Source: Escherichia phage isim. Taken from it: 64,000 nucleotides of DNA. Within the stretch, counting starts at the first letter, position 1. Each line of letters opens with the position of its first letter. The notes beneath the pieces were generated by a model. That model was not told the DNA's origin, made no database searches, and worked only from the letters and a program-made list of their open reading frames with translations. This document shows, piece by piece, positions 27,197-36,443 of this stretch. The DNA is taken from the sequence record MN850597.1. The stretch is one strand, 5' to 3'. The position numbers and the translations under genes are program-made.

Positions 27197-27950
27197 TAAT
27201 TCTGCTCCTTACTACAGGCTCGTTTGCTAAGAATACGGCTTTTGCCCAGCCACGTGGTGTGAGGCTTCGAATCATCTTCGTTCTTGCACTCTTTCCACCC
27301 AGCTTGGCGTGTTGCATGGAATACCCGCTAACCACGTCAACTATTTGCGGGACAGGTTTTGTGGCCGGGATTATAAATCCATTACCTATCCAGCCGCAAG
27401 TTATTTTTGGATAGGCATCACGTGGAGCTATAAATTCAGGAAACCATGGGTTTACATCATCTTCCGGTAAATACCCGCCATAGTCAGAAGGATGAAAACG
27501 GTAATCAGGTTTGCGCCACAGTGTGGACATAACACCTACAGGATTCTCTACATGCCACGGGCAATCGTAAATCTCTCCCAGCTCTTCCGCAACCCGAGCA
27601 TCCCTTACAGCATTAATTTGGATCATGGGATCCTTAGCCAGCTTTTTCTTAAAATGTGCAGCACCTGATACCGCTAAATGCGTGCACGGAGGAAATGCAA
27701 GAATAAAGTCTGGAGCTGGGTACATGCAAAAAGTTTCCTGAGGGAACCATGGGTCAATCCAATAATCCACATAGTGAATGTTGGGATGATCGGTTATCAC
27801 CTCTGCATAACTGCCGTGATCAGCACCTTCTGCATTAAAGCACAGGCACAGATACCCAGCTTTTGCCCAGTCAATGACTGCACCACCAGATCCGTCAAAT
27901 AGGCTCCACACAACACCTTTGTGGTAGTGTTCTTTGTAGATAAATTTCAA
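27186..27950 (-). CDS. DNA (cytosine-5)-methyltransferase-like protein, short form (about 254 aa from TTG; ORF track starts at 27980)
   Basis: Motif I LFDGSGG, motif IV FPPCTH (PC), motif VI HVENPVG (ENV); RBS AGGAGA 7 nt before TTG at 27950; too short for a full target-recognition domain. Confidence 0.55.
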   Translation of the reverse strand: MKFIYKEHYHKGVVWSLFDGSGGAVIDWAKAGYLCLCFNAEGADHGSYAEVITDHPNIHYVDYWIDPWFPQETFCMYPAPDFILAFPPCTHLAVSGAAHFKKKLAKDPMIQINAVRDARVAEELGEIYDCPWHVENPVGVMSTLWRKPDYRFHPSDYGGYLPEDDVNPWFPEFIAPRDAYPKITCGWIGNGFIIPATKPVPQIVDVVSGYSMQHAKLGGKSARTKMIRSLTPRGWAKAVFLANEPVVRSRINGK

Positions 27951-27974
27951 TTTGCTGTCTCCTAATGCAAAAAG

Positions 27975-28000
27975 CCCCACCCTTTCGGGCAGGGCCTAGT
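27975..28000 (-). terminator. GAAA-tetraloop hairpin plus U-run, second identical copy
   Basis: Same 20-nt sequence as 16999-17018; lies between the 28002 stop and the methyltransferase RBS. Confidence 0.55.
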
Positions 28001-28001
28001 G

Positions 28002-28484
28002 TTAAACCCGGATACCTATTGTATACTCGGTGGATACCAATGTCAAATCTAAATTTAAAATTTCTTGCATCTCATAATATGCGTCCAGGGTGAGATACAT
28101 TTCCCCATCCTTTTCTACATACTTGTCCAAGTGCTTGAGGCATTTCGGATAACTATCGAGTGCAGCTTTCAGACACTCAAACTCTGTGCTGTTGATGAGT
28201 CCTTCCATCTTGGCTACCCGTTCTGGGGTAACGATAGCACTGTAGTGAGATTTAGCTTCCTGAATGCAATGGGTCCAAGCATCAACTTTCTCTTCGAAAA
28301 GCCCGAAGAATTTCTTTTTGGTGAGCTTCAGATTCTTTAAGTGCTTAAGCACTCGGTTGCCGATCACAGCCACATCACGAAACTTAAGGATCACTTTGTC
28401 GATATCCTCGCGGCCTATTTTCACAAAGCAAGCCTCACACATTTCAGGAGCTGCGTAACCTACTTTCCACATAAAATCTGACAT
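28002..28484 (-). CDS. hypothetical protein (160 aa)
   Basis: ORF in series. Confidence 0.55.
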   Translation of the reverse strand: MSDFMWKVGYAAPEMCEACFVKIGREDIDKVILKFRDVAVIGNRVLKHLKNLKLTKKKFFGLFEEKVDAWTHCIQEAKSHYSAIVTPERVAKMEGLINSTEFECLKAALDSYPKCLKHLDKYVEKDGEMYLTLDAYYEMQEILNLDLTLVSTEYTIGIRV

Positions 28485-28496
28485 AACACTATCTCC

Positions 28497-28895
28497 TTAT
28501 TCTTCCTGAAAAGCAACGATATCATATGAACTTGCAGACGATCCTGGTGAAGAATGACTCCAGTCTAGGTCATCAGAGTAGTCAGCGTACTGTGCACCAC
28601 TACGTAGTTTATATTTTACCCACTTACCTGGTGCAGGGTTTTCACCACCTTCCCATACTTCCCAGCCTTCTGGCAGGCCGTCCTGGGAATAGTCATCCAC
28701 CTCACTAATAATCTTAGGGTTTGGCACCAAGATCCCTGCAGGCTCTTCCTTCCGGATAAGTGTCCACACAACGTAGGTGTCTGAGCAGGCGCATGATAGC
28801 AAAGTATATCCACTATTCAGAACTTCTGCAAGCTCTTTTTCAGCATCTTCCAATTTGGTTAAGTGGTATTGGAGAATCTTCACACCTGTAATCAT
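28497..28895 (-). CDS. hypothetical protein (132 aa)
   Basis: ORF in series. Confidence 0.55.
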   Translation of the reverse strand: MITGVKILQYHLTKLEDAEKELAEVLNSGYTLLSCACSDTYVVWTLIRKEEPAGILVPNPKIISEVDDYSQDGLPEGWEVWEGGENPAPGKWVKYKLRSGAQYADYSDDLDWSHSSPGSSASSYDIVAFQEE

Positions 28896-29239
28896 CAGAA
28901 ACCTCCCACTTCTTCAGCAAATGCAGCTGCTGTCGTCGCTGCATCCAGATAGGACTCTAGTTCACGGGCTGCACGTTTGTAAATTGAGTGTCGCAAATCG
29001 TTTGGCAGTTGGTGGAAGTCCACCTCTTCACCGTTGTGGTAAACATACACATCGGTAATTTGTCTAAATCCGTAATAGTCAACATCAGAATCACGGCACT
29101 CTGGGTCTGGCAACTGGACAACTGCCTGAGCTTCCACAGTGAACATATCGTCAAGTTCGAAATCGATTTCAAAAGTGTATGGTTTATAACATTTCATCAT
29201 TTGATTGTACTCTTTATTGATCAGACTTATCTTTCGCAA
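28895..29239 (-). CDS. hypothetical protein (114 aa)
   Basis: ORF; start overlaps the methyltransferase stop. Confidence 0.55.
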   Translation of the reverse strand: MRKISLINKEYNQMMKCYKPYTFEIDFELDDMFTVEAQAVVQLPDPECRDSDVDYYGFRQITDVYVYHNGEEVDFHQLPNDLRHSIYKRAARELESYLDAATTAAAFAEEVGGF

Positions 29240-30539
29240 TTAAGGTCGGGGCAAGTTTGTAATAACGGAAGCCACCACCACCTTGCCAGTTTACAGACTT
29301 AGAAATACCACCTTGATCTTCACCATCGATCACTTTTTCCAAGCGCGGAATAATATGGGTATGACAATGATCACCTAGCTCGATTGAGATCCAACGTCTT
29401 TTCATCTTGTGAGCTACAGCAGCAGTAGTTCCCGAACCACCGAATGAATCCAATACCAAATCGCCTTCTCGCGTACACATTTCGAAAATTCGCTTCAAAA
29501 GCGCTTCTGGTTTTTTCCCATTTTTGAAACTAACGCCGCCTTCATTTGCTATTCCATTCCAACTAATGTCTGTCCAAACATCAGTTATTAGTTCCGCAGG
29601 TTGCATATCACCGTCAATTTCCAAAAGCCTGTTGGAGTAAAAGACCATTTGCCTACCATTTACGATATAAAATCCTTCAACATCTTCATTTGGATGTACA
29701 TAAACCTTATCCCTATCTTTCTTTGACTTCTCGATAGTTTCTTTTCTCTTTATTTTAGCACCACCGCCGATTGCAACAGATTGAAATACACGTTCTGCAT
29801 TATCAATTGCGAATTGTGCTAATTCATCATCGAATGTATCAGGCAGTTTTTTCTTGGCCTCTTTTGCATCTTTATAGCCATTGGCCTTTGCAAACGCATC
29901 GGCAATACCGCACCACGTCCAATTTTTATAATGGTCATCCGGGTTTAATAGGTATTTGTTATATCCTGTATCATACCCTTTAGGTATATAGATTTTGTTA
30001 AGCGGTTTCTGGGTGCGATCTTTTGCATATACAAGCAAAAAGTTTGCTGTGGAGAAAACTGTGGCTCCTGTTGCCTTAAATCCCGAAGGGGAATTTGTGG
30101 TCATCGATATGGTATTTAACTGATTTGCACGACCAAAAATCTCGTCCATCAAAACTTTTAAATACGCCATTTCGCAATCATCTAAGTGAACGAATATTAC
30201 CCCATCATCACTTAGAAGATTACGAATTATTTCTAACCTATCCCTCATTAAGCCCAGCCAAATGGAATGCTCAAGGCTATCATCGTAGTGCTCAAAAGCC
30301 CTTCCAGTATTGAATGGTGGGTCTATGTAAACACACTTCACTTTGCCTGCATACTCTTGCTCTAGCGCCTTCAATGCTAATAAGTTATCTCCAAAAATCA
30401 GTTTATTATCAAAAATATCGTTTTCGGTCACTTTCTGGCTGTGGTAAGACTTGCTAGAATCTTCTAACAAAATGTGCGGCTCTAACTTTTTGCGCTCGTT
30501 TTTACCTATCCAGGTTAGTTCTAATTTGGTTTTGCTCAT
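29214..30539 (-). CDS. N6-adenine (or N4-cytosine) DNA methyltransferase, beta-class, type III Mod-like, orphan (441 aa)
   Basis: Motif IV VYIDPPFNTG precedes motif I LVLDSFGGSGTT; no adjacent restriction gene. Confidence 0.8.
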   Translation of the reverse strand: MSKTKLELTWIGKNERKKLEPHILLEDSSKSYHSQKVTENDIFDNKLIFGDNLLALKALEQEYAGKVKCVYIDPPFNTGRAFEHYDDSLEHSIWLGLMRDRLEIIRNLLSDDGVIFVHLDDCEMAYLKVLMDEIFGRANQLNTISMTTNSPSGFKATGATVFSTANFLLVYAKDRTQKPLNKIYIPKGYDTGYNKYLLNPDDHYKNWTWCGIADAFAKANGYKDAKEAKKKLPDTFDDELAQFAIDNAERVFQSVAIGGGAKIKRKETIEKSKKDRDKVYVHPNEDVEGFYIVNGRQMVFYSNRLLEIDGDMQPAELITDVWTDISWNGIANEGGVSFKNGKKPEALLKRIFEMCTREGDLVLDSFGGSGTTAAVAHKMKRRWISIELGDHCHTHIIPRLEKVIDGEDQGGISKSVNWQGGGGFRYYKLAPTLIAKDKSDQ

Positions 30540-30600
30540 CGTTTGGTGCTCTCCTTAGTTTTTTGTGGGGAGGAGGCCTCCCCTTTATACTCACATCTTA

Positions 30601-30942
30601 CTACTCAAGGTCTTCAGAGTCAAGCTCAAAAAGAATCAAACTGTGCATGCCTGCAGAGAGATCAACACACCCTGCAACAATAAGGGTCTGATAGTAAGGT
30701 TCAGCACCCTCGATGTCTTCGTTAAAATCCACAACAAGGTAGTCACCTTTGTTAAAGGTGTATTTGTCCGATGTGAATGCAAAACCTGCCCAGTCCCCTA
30801 CTGCAGGATCTTTATCAGTCACCTTTGTTAGCAGTAGATCTTTTTCACGAGATCTTTTAGTAAAATCGTGAATCACAACATCCTTCTCTTCAGGAGTTGG
30901 ATTGCCACACACGTAGTTAACGATATTTCTCCACAAACTCAT
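30601..30942 (-). CDS. hypothetical protein (113 aa)
   Basis: ORF in series. Confidence 0.5.
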   Translation of the reverse strand: MSLWRNIVNYVCGNPTPEEKDVVIHDFTKRSREKDLLLTKVTDKDPAVGDWAGFAFTSDKYTFNKGDYLVVDFNEDIEGAEPYYQTLIVAGCVDLSAGMHSLILFELDSEDLE

Positions 30943-32309
30943 ACGTCCCCCTCTTCGGCTCTGGTTTCAAAATCTTTCCTGACAATTTTGTCTAAGTCAG
31001 GGAATGTTGTATTGTAAAACTCTACGACTCGCGGGTCAACAATAATGTCAACTTCTCTTAGTGGACGCAACAAGTTTATTCCTTGTATTGTCTTAACTCT
31101 GCTCAAAGCGACATACGTCATCCCAGGAGAGAAAGCTCCGTTCTTTCCAAGGTCTAGGTTGTAACAATCTAGCGTAAGTCCTTGACTTTTATGAGATGTT
31201 ACGGCGTACCCAGATTTCAGAGGAAGTTGCTTGTATGACCCAATCACTACCCTCTCTATAAACTTCTCCATCTTCCTTTCTGCAATGTTGTATCTCTGAG
31301 ATGGCTTATACTCGTTATTCTCCCACAACCTCTGCTCTATGTCAACCTGTGTTCCATCTTCAAGCTCTACCACCACCGCCTTGTTCTTAAATTTAACAAT
31401 TGTGGCACGTGTTCCGTTAACATAATAAGGTACTTTGTGCGTCGGGTCAACATCGTTGGCGGTTATCATAACTTTCATGCCAATTTTCAACTTCATCTCC
31501 TGCTCAACTGGCAGGGTGGAGGGAAACTTACCCTTCATTTCCCCAGTGTATACCTTCTCCGGGGCGTTGATGGCATCATAGAACCTTCTGTTCACTTCCT
31601 CTGCTTGTTTGTTGGTGGCGCAAATTGTGAGAGCGTCTGTTGGTACACCGCCTTTGTAACAGCGAGCATTAAGTTCTGCTACAACCTCTTTTATGCGACG
31701 ACCCTCACGAACACAGTTGAGCATTGTGGCAAATCGAATAGACTCCTGTCGGAACTGATCTATTAGGGCTATGTTGTGGAGGTCAAGCTCTTTCCAAGAT
31801 TCGGTATAGCAACACAGGTCTGTATGGTAGAAGTTGAAGTAGGCTTCCTTCTCCATAGAAGAGACAACAGGAGGTGCCTGGTAAAAATCGCCAAACAATA
31901 TGACCTGTATGCCTCCGAAAGGTTTGTCATTTTTTCGAAGGAAGCGAAGTTTCCTATCCATCTCTATAAACTTATCAGCACGGATCATAGAGATTTCATC
32001 GATAATCAGGATGGTAAATGCCTTGCTTTTCAAAGGCTTTGCTGTTTTTGCCCTTATTGCGGTCCAGTCTGACTCCATGCTCACACCTGCTGCAAGATCG
32101 AAGGTTCGGTGTGCTGTTGCTCCATTAACGTTTAAAGCGGCTACCCCTGTCGGGGCAACCGTTATGCAAGAGTCTCCATACATTGACTGGATCATGTTGA
32201 TGAGGTACGTCTTCCCACAACCTGCGGGTCCTGAAACGAAGACATTCTCACCGCTCATGATTGCAACGAGGGCAGCATCTGTGCCTACATCATACTGCCC
32301 TTTTTCCAT
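30939..32309 (-). CDS. SF1 helicase, PIF1/RecD/Dda-like (456 aa)
   Basis: Walker A VSGPAGCGKTY; Walker B-like IIDEISM; C-terminal ...YVALSRV... typical of RecD/Dda-type helicases. Confidence 0.8.
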   Translation of the reverse strand: MEKGQYDVGTDAALVAIMSGENVFVSGPAGCGKTYLINMIQSMYGDSCITVAPTGVAALNVNGATAHRTFDLAAGVSMESDWTAIRAKTAKPLKSKAFTILIIDEISMIRADKFIEMDRKLRFLRKNDKPFGGIQVILFGDFYQAPPVVSSMEKEAYFNFYHTDLCCYTESWKELDLHNIALIDQFRQESIRFATMLNCVREGRRIKEVVAELNARCYKGGVPTDALTICATNKQAEEVNRRFYDAINAPEKVYTGEMKGKFPSTLPVEQEMKLKIGMKVMITANDVDPTHKVPYYVNGTRATIVKFKNKAVVVELEDGTQVDIEQRLWENNEYKPSQRYNIAERKMEKFIERVVIGSYKQLPLKSGYAVTSHKSQGLTLDCYNLDLGKNGAFSPGMTYVALSRVKTIQGINLLRPLREVDIIVDPRVVEFYNTTFPDLDKIVRKDFETRAEEGDV

Positions 32310-33514
32310 TACGCCTCCTCGTAAAGAATGTCGATAGTGTTACCGTCTCGGTCAACCACGTATTCAATCGGGTCTCCGTCCTTGCGTGCTTCCGGAGCTA
32401 CCACAATCTCATAGCGGCATGCACGGCACTTAGCGCTATTGTGTTGGTATGGCACACTAACCACATCTGCAGGGTCAACCATGACAGTCATTACAGTGCC
32501 GTAGCTCTTCGCATACTCTTTGCTGGCGCAGTGTAAGCCATAGGAGCACGCAGCTTCAGGATCATCCTCTACAAAGTTACGAGGCATGGATACAAAAGCA
32601 CCTTGGTATTGTGGGACTTTACCACTGTGCCAATCCACCCACTTGCTACCGTTAAACTGAACCCCTTTGTAGCAAATGATTCGACCATCTTCTGCAATCT
32701 GAATATCATTGGCCTGCATAAAATCGTAGAGCATGTTTACAGATTTTGCAGAAGGATTGCGTAGCAGGCGAACGAGGAATTTCACATAGCGGTCATCCAG
32801 CGTTCCGTCTGCATAATCTTTCTCAATTTTCTTTGCAATGGTGGATCGCATCTCTACACCGTAGTAGTAGAGCTTACCATCTTTCATGATCAGGTTGTCT
32901 GCAAGTGTGGTGAACTCATTCTTGCGTTCCAGCCAGACAAGGATTTCACCAATTGCCTCGTCATATTCCTGAACAGAGATATGGTCGAAGACTTTCTGGT
33001 AAACTTCCTCACTTTCGCTGCGGCGAATTTCAAAAATGCCTTCGTTGCAGGTGATCTGGAGGAGTTCCCCACAAATAACTACCAAAGGCTCGATGCTTCG
33101 AGTTTGTTGCTGAGACACACTGCTCACCACCTCCAGCACCGGATCTTTGACTTCTACTAAAGGTTCTTCTGACTTGATTGCCACCCCAGTGAACCCCACA
33201 CCGTGAACAACACACAGTGGGTATACCACGCCCCAACGTTTAACGGAACCTTCGCCTAAGTCTAAGATCATGGCGTACTTACCATTATCTTCCAATCCAT
33301 AGCGGAATAAACGGGCCTCTTCGCGGGTTTCAAAATCCTCACGGGTGTAGCAGACGCTGTCACGGTCAGGATCGAACAACTCTGGGGCACCCACTGCCAG
33401 TGTCCAGGTTGTGTCGCCTTTCTCAATGGCACATGTGAAACCCTTCTTCTCAAGTTCTGCACGGCGGTCTCGTGCTTCTTTACGGGTTTTGAAATGTTCG
33501 TAGATGAAAATCAT
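32309..33514 (-). CDS. hypothetical protein, possible rIIB-like partner of the upstream GHKL ATPase (401 aa)
   Basis: No motif recognised; assignment rests on adjacency and same orientation. Confidence 0.5.
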   Translation of the reverse strand: MIFIYEHFKTRKEARDRRAELEKKGFTCAIEKGDTTWTLAVGAPELFDPDRDSVCYTREDFETREEARLFRYGLEDNGKYAMILDLGEGSVKRWGVVYPLCVVHGVGFTGVAIKSEEPLVEVKDPVLEVVSSVSQQQTRSIEPLVVICGELLQITCNEGIFEIRRSESEEVYQKVFDHISVQEYDEAIGEILVWLERKNEFTTLADNLIMKDGKLYYYGVEMRSTIAKKIEKDYADGTLDDRYVKFLVRLLRNPSAKSVNMLYDFMQANDIQIAEDGRIICYKGVQFNGSKWVDWHSGKVPQYQGAFVSMPRNFVEDDPEAACSYGLHCASKEYAKSYGTVMTVMVDPADVVSVPYQHNSAKCRACRYEIVVAPEARKDGDPIEYVVDRDGNTIDILYEEA

Positions 33515-33524
33515 CTTGGTCTCC

Positions 33525-35507
33525 TTATTTGATGTTATTCTTTGTATCGATCAGTTCACGGTATTCAATCATAGCAGGAGTGTCCCAATATTTCAAGCCC
33601 ACATGCTTCAAAAGTGGATATTTCTTTTCCAATCTTGCAATATAGGCCTTCCCGCACTTAACCCGGTTGGCGATTAAGATTTTGGCACGATGATTTAGCT
33701 CACTGTGCTTCCACGCGGTGTTACCTTCCCACTTGTGGAAATGTGGCCGATAATTTCCAAAATCCTGCATGGGGATAATTTTCCCTAATTGTCTATACAG
33801 GCTGTCATATGAAGTTTCATTTGCTGCGCGAGTCAGTAAGAATTTCCAGGCGTCCTCTTTCAACAAATGTTCCACATTTTTCTCTGTAACATACTGGCAA
33901 TCAGGATCAGTCCAAAGCAGACGGGATTCTGATACCAGGTACAGGTCTTCCCCTTCAGGAATCTGGAGTGCCGCACGCACACGGTCATAATTTTGCTGGT
34001 AGATGTTACTCAGCTGTCCCAGCCAACAACTTCCACGTTGGATATCACCCTCATAAGGAATGCAGTGCTTAATCTTCTTGAACTCTGCCTTAGTAATACG
34101 TTCACGACGGAAGTAACCATCCTTCTCAAGCTTTTTAACCCAATAACCTGGCTCGTAATGAGTTTTTGTTTCACCTTTCTTCGCAGGTCGGCGAGGGAGC
34201 TCTGATAACAATTTGACAGTATCTGCAAAGAACGGATGGTGTGCCGCCTCTTTAAACTCTTTCACTAGATCCGTGTTCCGGCAATAGAAAACGTTGCGTC
34301 CGGTGATTTCGCTTAAATAGTTACACTTATTTCGGTTATATTTGCCATCTCCGTCGTTAAATACAAGGTATACACCTCGTAAGAACTCCGACTTTCCGTA
34401 ACGAGCATAGCCTATGCGGCCTTTATTTAAGCCTCCAGCGAAAATTTCACAATCGCCTAAGTCGCCAAGCCCTGTTTCTTCCCATCTGTCCCACATAAAA
34501 TTCTTACCGAAGATGTGCCCGAACACTCCACTGTTCTTCATCATCTCACGTGCTTCTGAGGATGTTTTTGCTGTCTCCAATTCCGCAACAACTTCTGCCC
34601 CACGAAGACGGATACCCTCTTTGACAAAAGCCTCCAGACGCTCTTGGAATCCACCATCGTCGTGCCCCTCTATGGTCCATTCGCGCCCAGGGTTAATATT
34701 GCAATCCCCGATAGGGATCTCTACACAGATTGCAGGGTAGTCTGTCAATGTTTCCAGAAACTTAGAGCGGTAAGGTTGGTGACCCATCACAACACGGCTC
34801 TCATCAGAACTGGTATAACCTTTCAGGATGGTCATTTTCCAACCATCCTTCTCGTAGTGATACTGCGCCTCAACCTTGTCACCTTCCAGCATCTTACTGG
34901 TCATAGGGTCGGTAACGGTAAACGGAAACTTTGCATAGCGTAGGCATGACGCAATAGCAGTGCGATATTTCAGGACATGCTCTTTCTTAACATGGAACTG
35001 AACTTTTACCCCGTTGTGCTCTTCAGTCTTCCGCTCGCGGATCTTGGTAACGTTTGGGATACCCTGATCCAAGAACAATAGATATGTGCTTTCAACACCA
35101 TTGTGCACACTGATAACATCGAAAGTGTCCACCATGCTGAACGGAGCCTTTGAACCAACACCTTTATTACCTACCAGAGCGTTGCTGTTGCGCTTGGTTG
35201 ACTCCCCGAGGTTCATGAAAGTGTTGCGGACCATCTCTTCTGACATGCCCAATCCAACGTCCTGCACAAAGAAGTATGGTTCAAGGTCTGTAGGGGAGTG
35301 AATGATGATCGGTACATCACCCCGTCCAGACTCAACATGAGAGTCCACAGCATTGAAGATTGGTTCACGGCAGCTTGCCAGCACCTTATCTTCGTAAATC
35401 CCTTTAATGATTAGCCCAAAAGTCTCTTTGTTCAGAGAAATTGAGCCCCTGGTGACCTCCATATTTCCGGTTAGTACTGCTTTAGTTTCATTACTGTTTA
35501 CAATCAT
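33525..35507 (-). CDS. GHKL-family (HATPase_c) ATPase, possibly rIIA-like (660 aa)
   Basis: N-box-like FNAVDSH and G1-box-like VQDVGLGMS near the N-terminus. Confidence 0.55.
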   Translation of the reverse strand: MIVNSNETKAVLTGNMEVTRGSISLNKETFGLIIKGIYEDKVLASCREPIFNAVDSHVESGRGDVPIIIHSPTDLEPYFFVQDVGLGMSEEMVRNTFMNLGESTKRNSNALVGNKGVGSKAPFSMVDTFDVISVHNGVESTYLLFLDQGIPNVTKIRERKTEEHNGVKVQFHVKKEHVLKYRTAIASCLRYAKFPFTVTDPMTSKMLEGDKVEAQYHYEKDGWKMTILKGYTSSDESRVVMGHQPYRSKFLETLTDYPAICVEIPIGDCNINPGREWTIEGHDDGGFQERLEAFVKEGIRLRGAEVVAELETAKTSSEAREMMKNSGVFGHIFGKNFMWDRWEETGLGDLGDCEIFAGGLNKGRIGYARYGKSEFLRGVYLVFNDGDGKYNRNKCNYLSEITGRNVFYCRNTDLVKEFKEAAHHPFFADTVKLLSELPRRPAKKGETKTHYEPGYWVKKLEKDGYFRRERITKAEFKKIKHCIPYEGDIQRGSCWLGQLSNIYQQNYDRVRAALQIPEGEDLYLVSESRLLWTDPDCQYVTEKNVEHLLKEDAWKFLLTRAANETSYDSLYRQLGKIIPMQDFGNYRPHFHKWEGNTAWKHSELNHRAKILIANRVKCGKAYIARLEKKYPLLKHVGLKYWDTPAMIEYRELIDTKNNIK

Positions 35508-36004
35508 TTATTGCGCTCCTTGTAGTAGATATGACTCCCGAACTGAGCTGTCCTCTGCATCTTTTTTGCCCATTTCGGTCGTACTTTGGTTGTATGGTAG
35601 TGTGTTGCTCCACCTGTTATGTCCATAGCCATGTATGCAACATGGTTGTTATTATAGACCTTTAGAAGCATCTTTGCAAGACTTTTAGCGTGATCCCATG
35701 AATCTTTTTCTGTCACCTTAAAAGTTTTGCCGTGGTTTGTCCACGAAAACTGGTTAGGTTGGTAGACAATCTTTCTTATGGTGTCTGGGTATTTGGGGTG
35801 AGATTTCCTGTTTAGGGTGGCAAACCCAGATGCCAGCATACCCATCGTGCCATCCCCTCTAGCTTCCCTGTAGATATTGCATGCTAGAATGTTTTCCTTA
35901 GTATCTGATGGCTTGCAAGTATGGTATACTTTTTGTTTTGGTGCTGCAACAACAGGCAGCGATAAAAATGCGCTCAAAATAATAGCAAAGATCTTAATTT
36001 TCAC
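35504..36004 (-). CDS. secreted SleB-like cell-wall hydrolase (166 aa; GTG start)
   Basis: Signal peptide MKIKIFAIILSAFLSLPVVAA; NIYREARGDG...ATLNR...YPDTI...VYQPNQFSW matches the SleB-type motif pattern. Confidence 0.7.
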   Translation of the reverse strand: MKIKIFAIILSAFLSLPVVAAPKQKVYHTCKPSDTKENILACNIYREARGDGTMGMLASGFATLNRKSHPKYPDTIRKIVYQPNQFSWTNHGKTFKVTEKDSWDHAKSLAKMLLKVYNNNHVAYMAMDITGGATHYHTTKVRPKWAKKMQRTAQFGSHIYYKERNK

Positions 36005-36024
36005 AATAACTCCAAATAGAAAAT

Positions 36025-36045
36025 CCCCGCCGAAGCGGGGGAGGT
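36025..36045 (-). terminator. UUCG-tetraloop hairpin (CCCCCGC-UUCG-GCGGGG) plus U-rich tract; near-identical copy at 62436
   Basis: Read directly; follows the 36054 stop on the minus strand. Confidence 0.55.
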
Positions 36046-36053
36046 CTTAGAAA

Positions 36054-36434
36054 TTAATCGTAGTGTGCCAAAATCTCTCCATCGTTGCAAGTTCCCTCTA
36101 CAAAGTTATGAAGATTCATGCACTCATCTTGATAGAAGAATTTACCGCTTTTCAGCCGTAAGCCAAACAACTCCGCATCTCCACGATGGCAAGCCTCTAC
36201 AAGTTCATAGATTTCATACGGCAACTCTCCGTCGTCATGGAAGAACCCAGCCTTATCGTTGACATAGATGAAGAAATAATCACTGCTGTCGCAAGCGTCC
36301 AATATTTTAAACCAGATTTCATCTACATCTTTTTCTCGGATATCGATCACGCAAGTGGAGCTGCATTCGTACTCCTTCTCCGGCTCCTCGGTCAATACCA
36401 CCAGGTAGTTTCCCCGCTTACCTACTTTAGCCAT
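36054..36434 (-). CDS. hypothetical acidic protein (126 aa)
   Basis: ORF in series. Confidence 0.55.
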   Translation of the reverse strand: MAKVGKRGNYLVVLTEEPEKEYECSSTCVIDIREKDVDEIWFKILDACDSSDYFFIYVNDKAGFFHDDGELPYEIYELVEACHRGDAELFGLRLKSGKFFYQDECMNLHNFVEGTCNDGEILAHYD

Positions 36435-36443
36435 ACAACCTCC

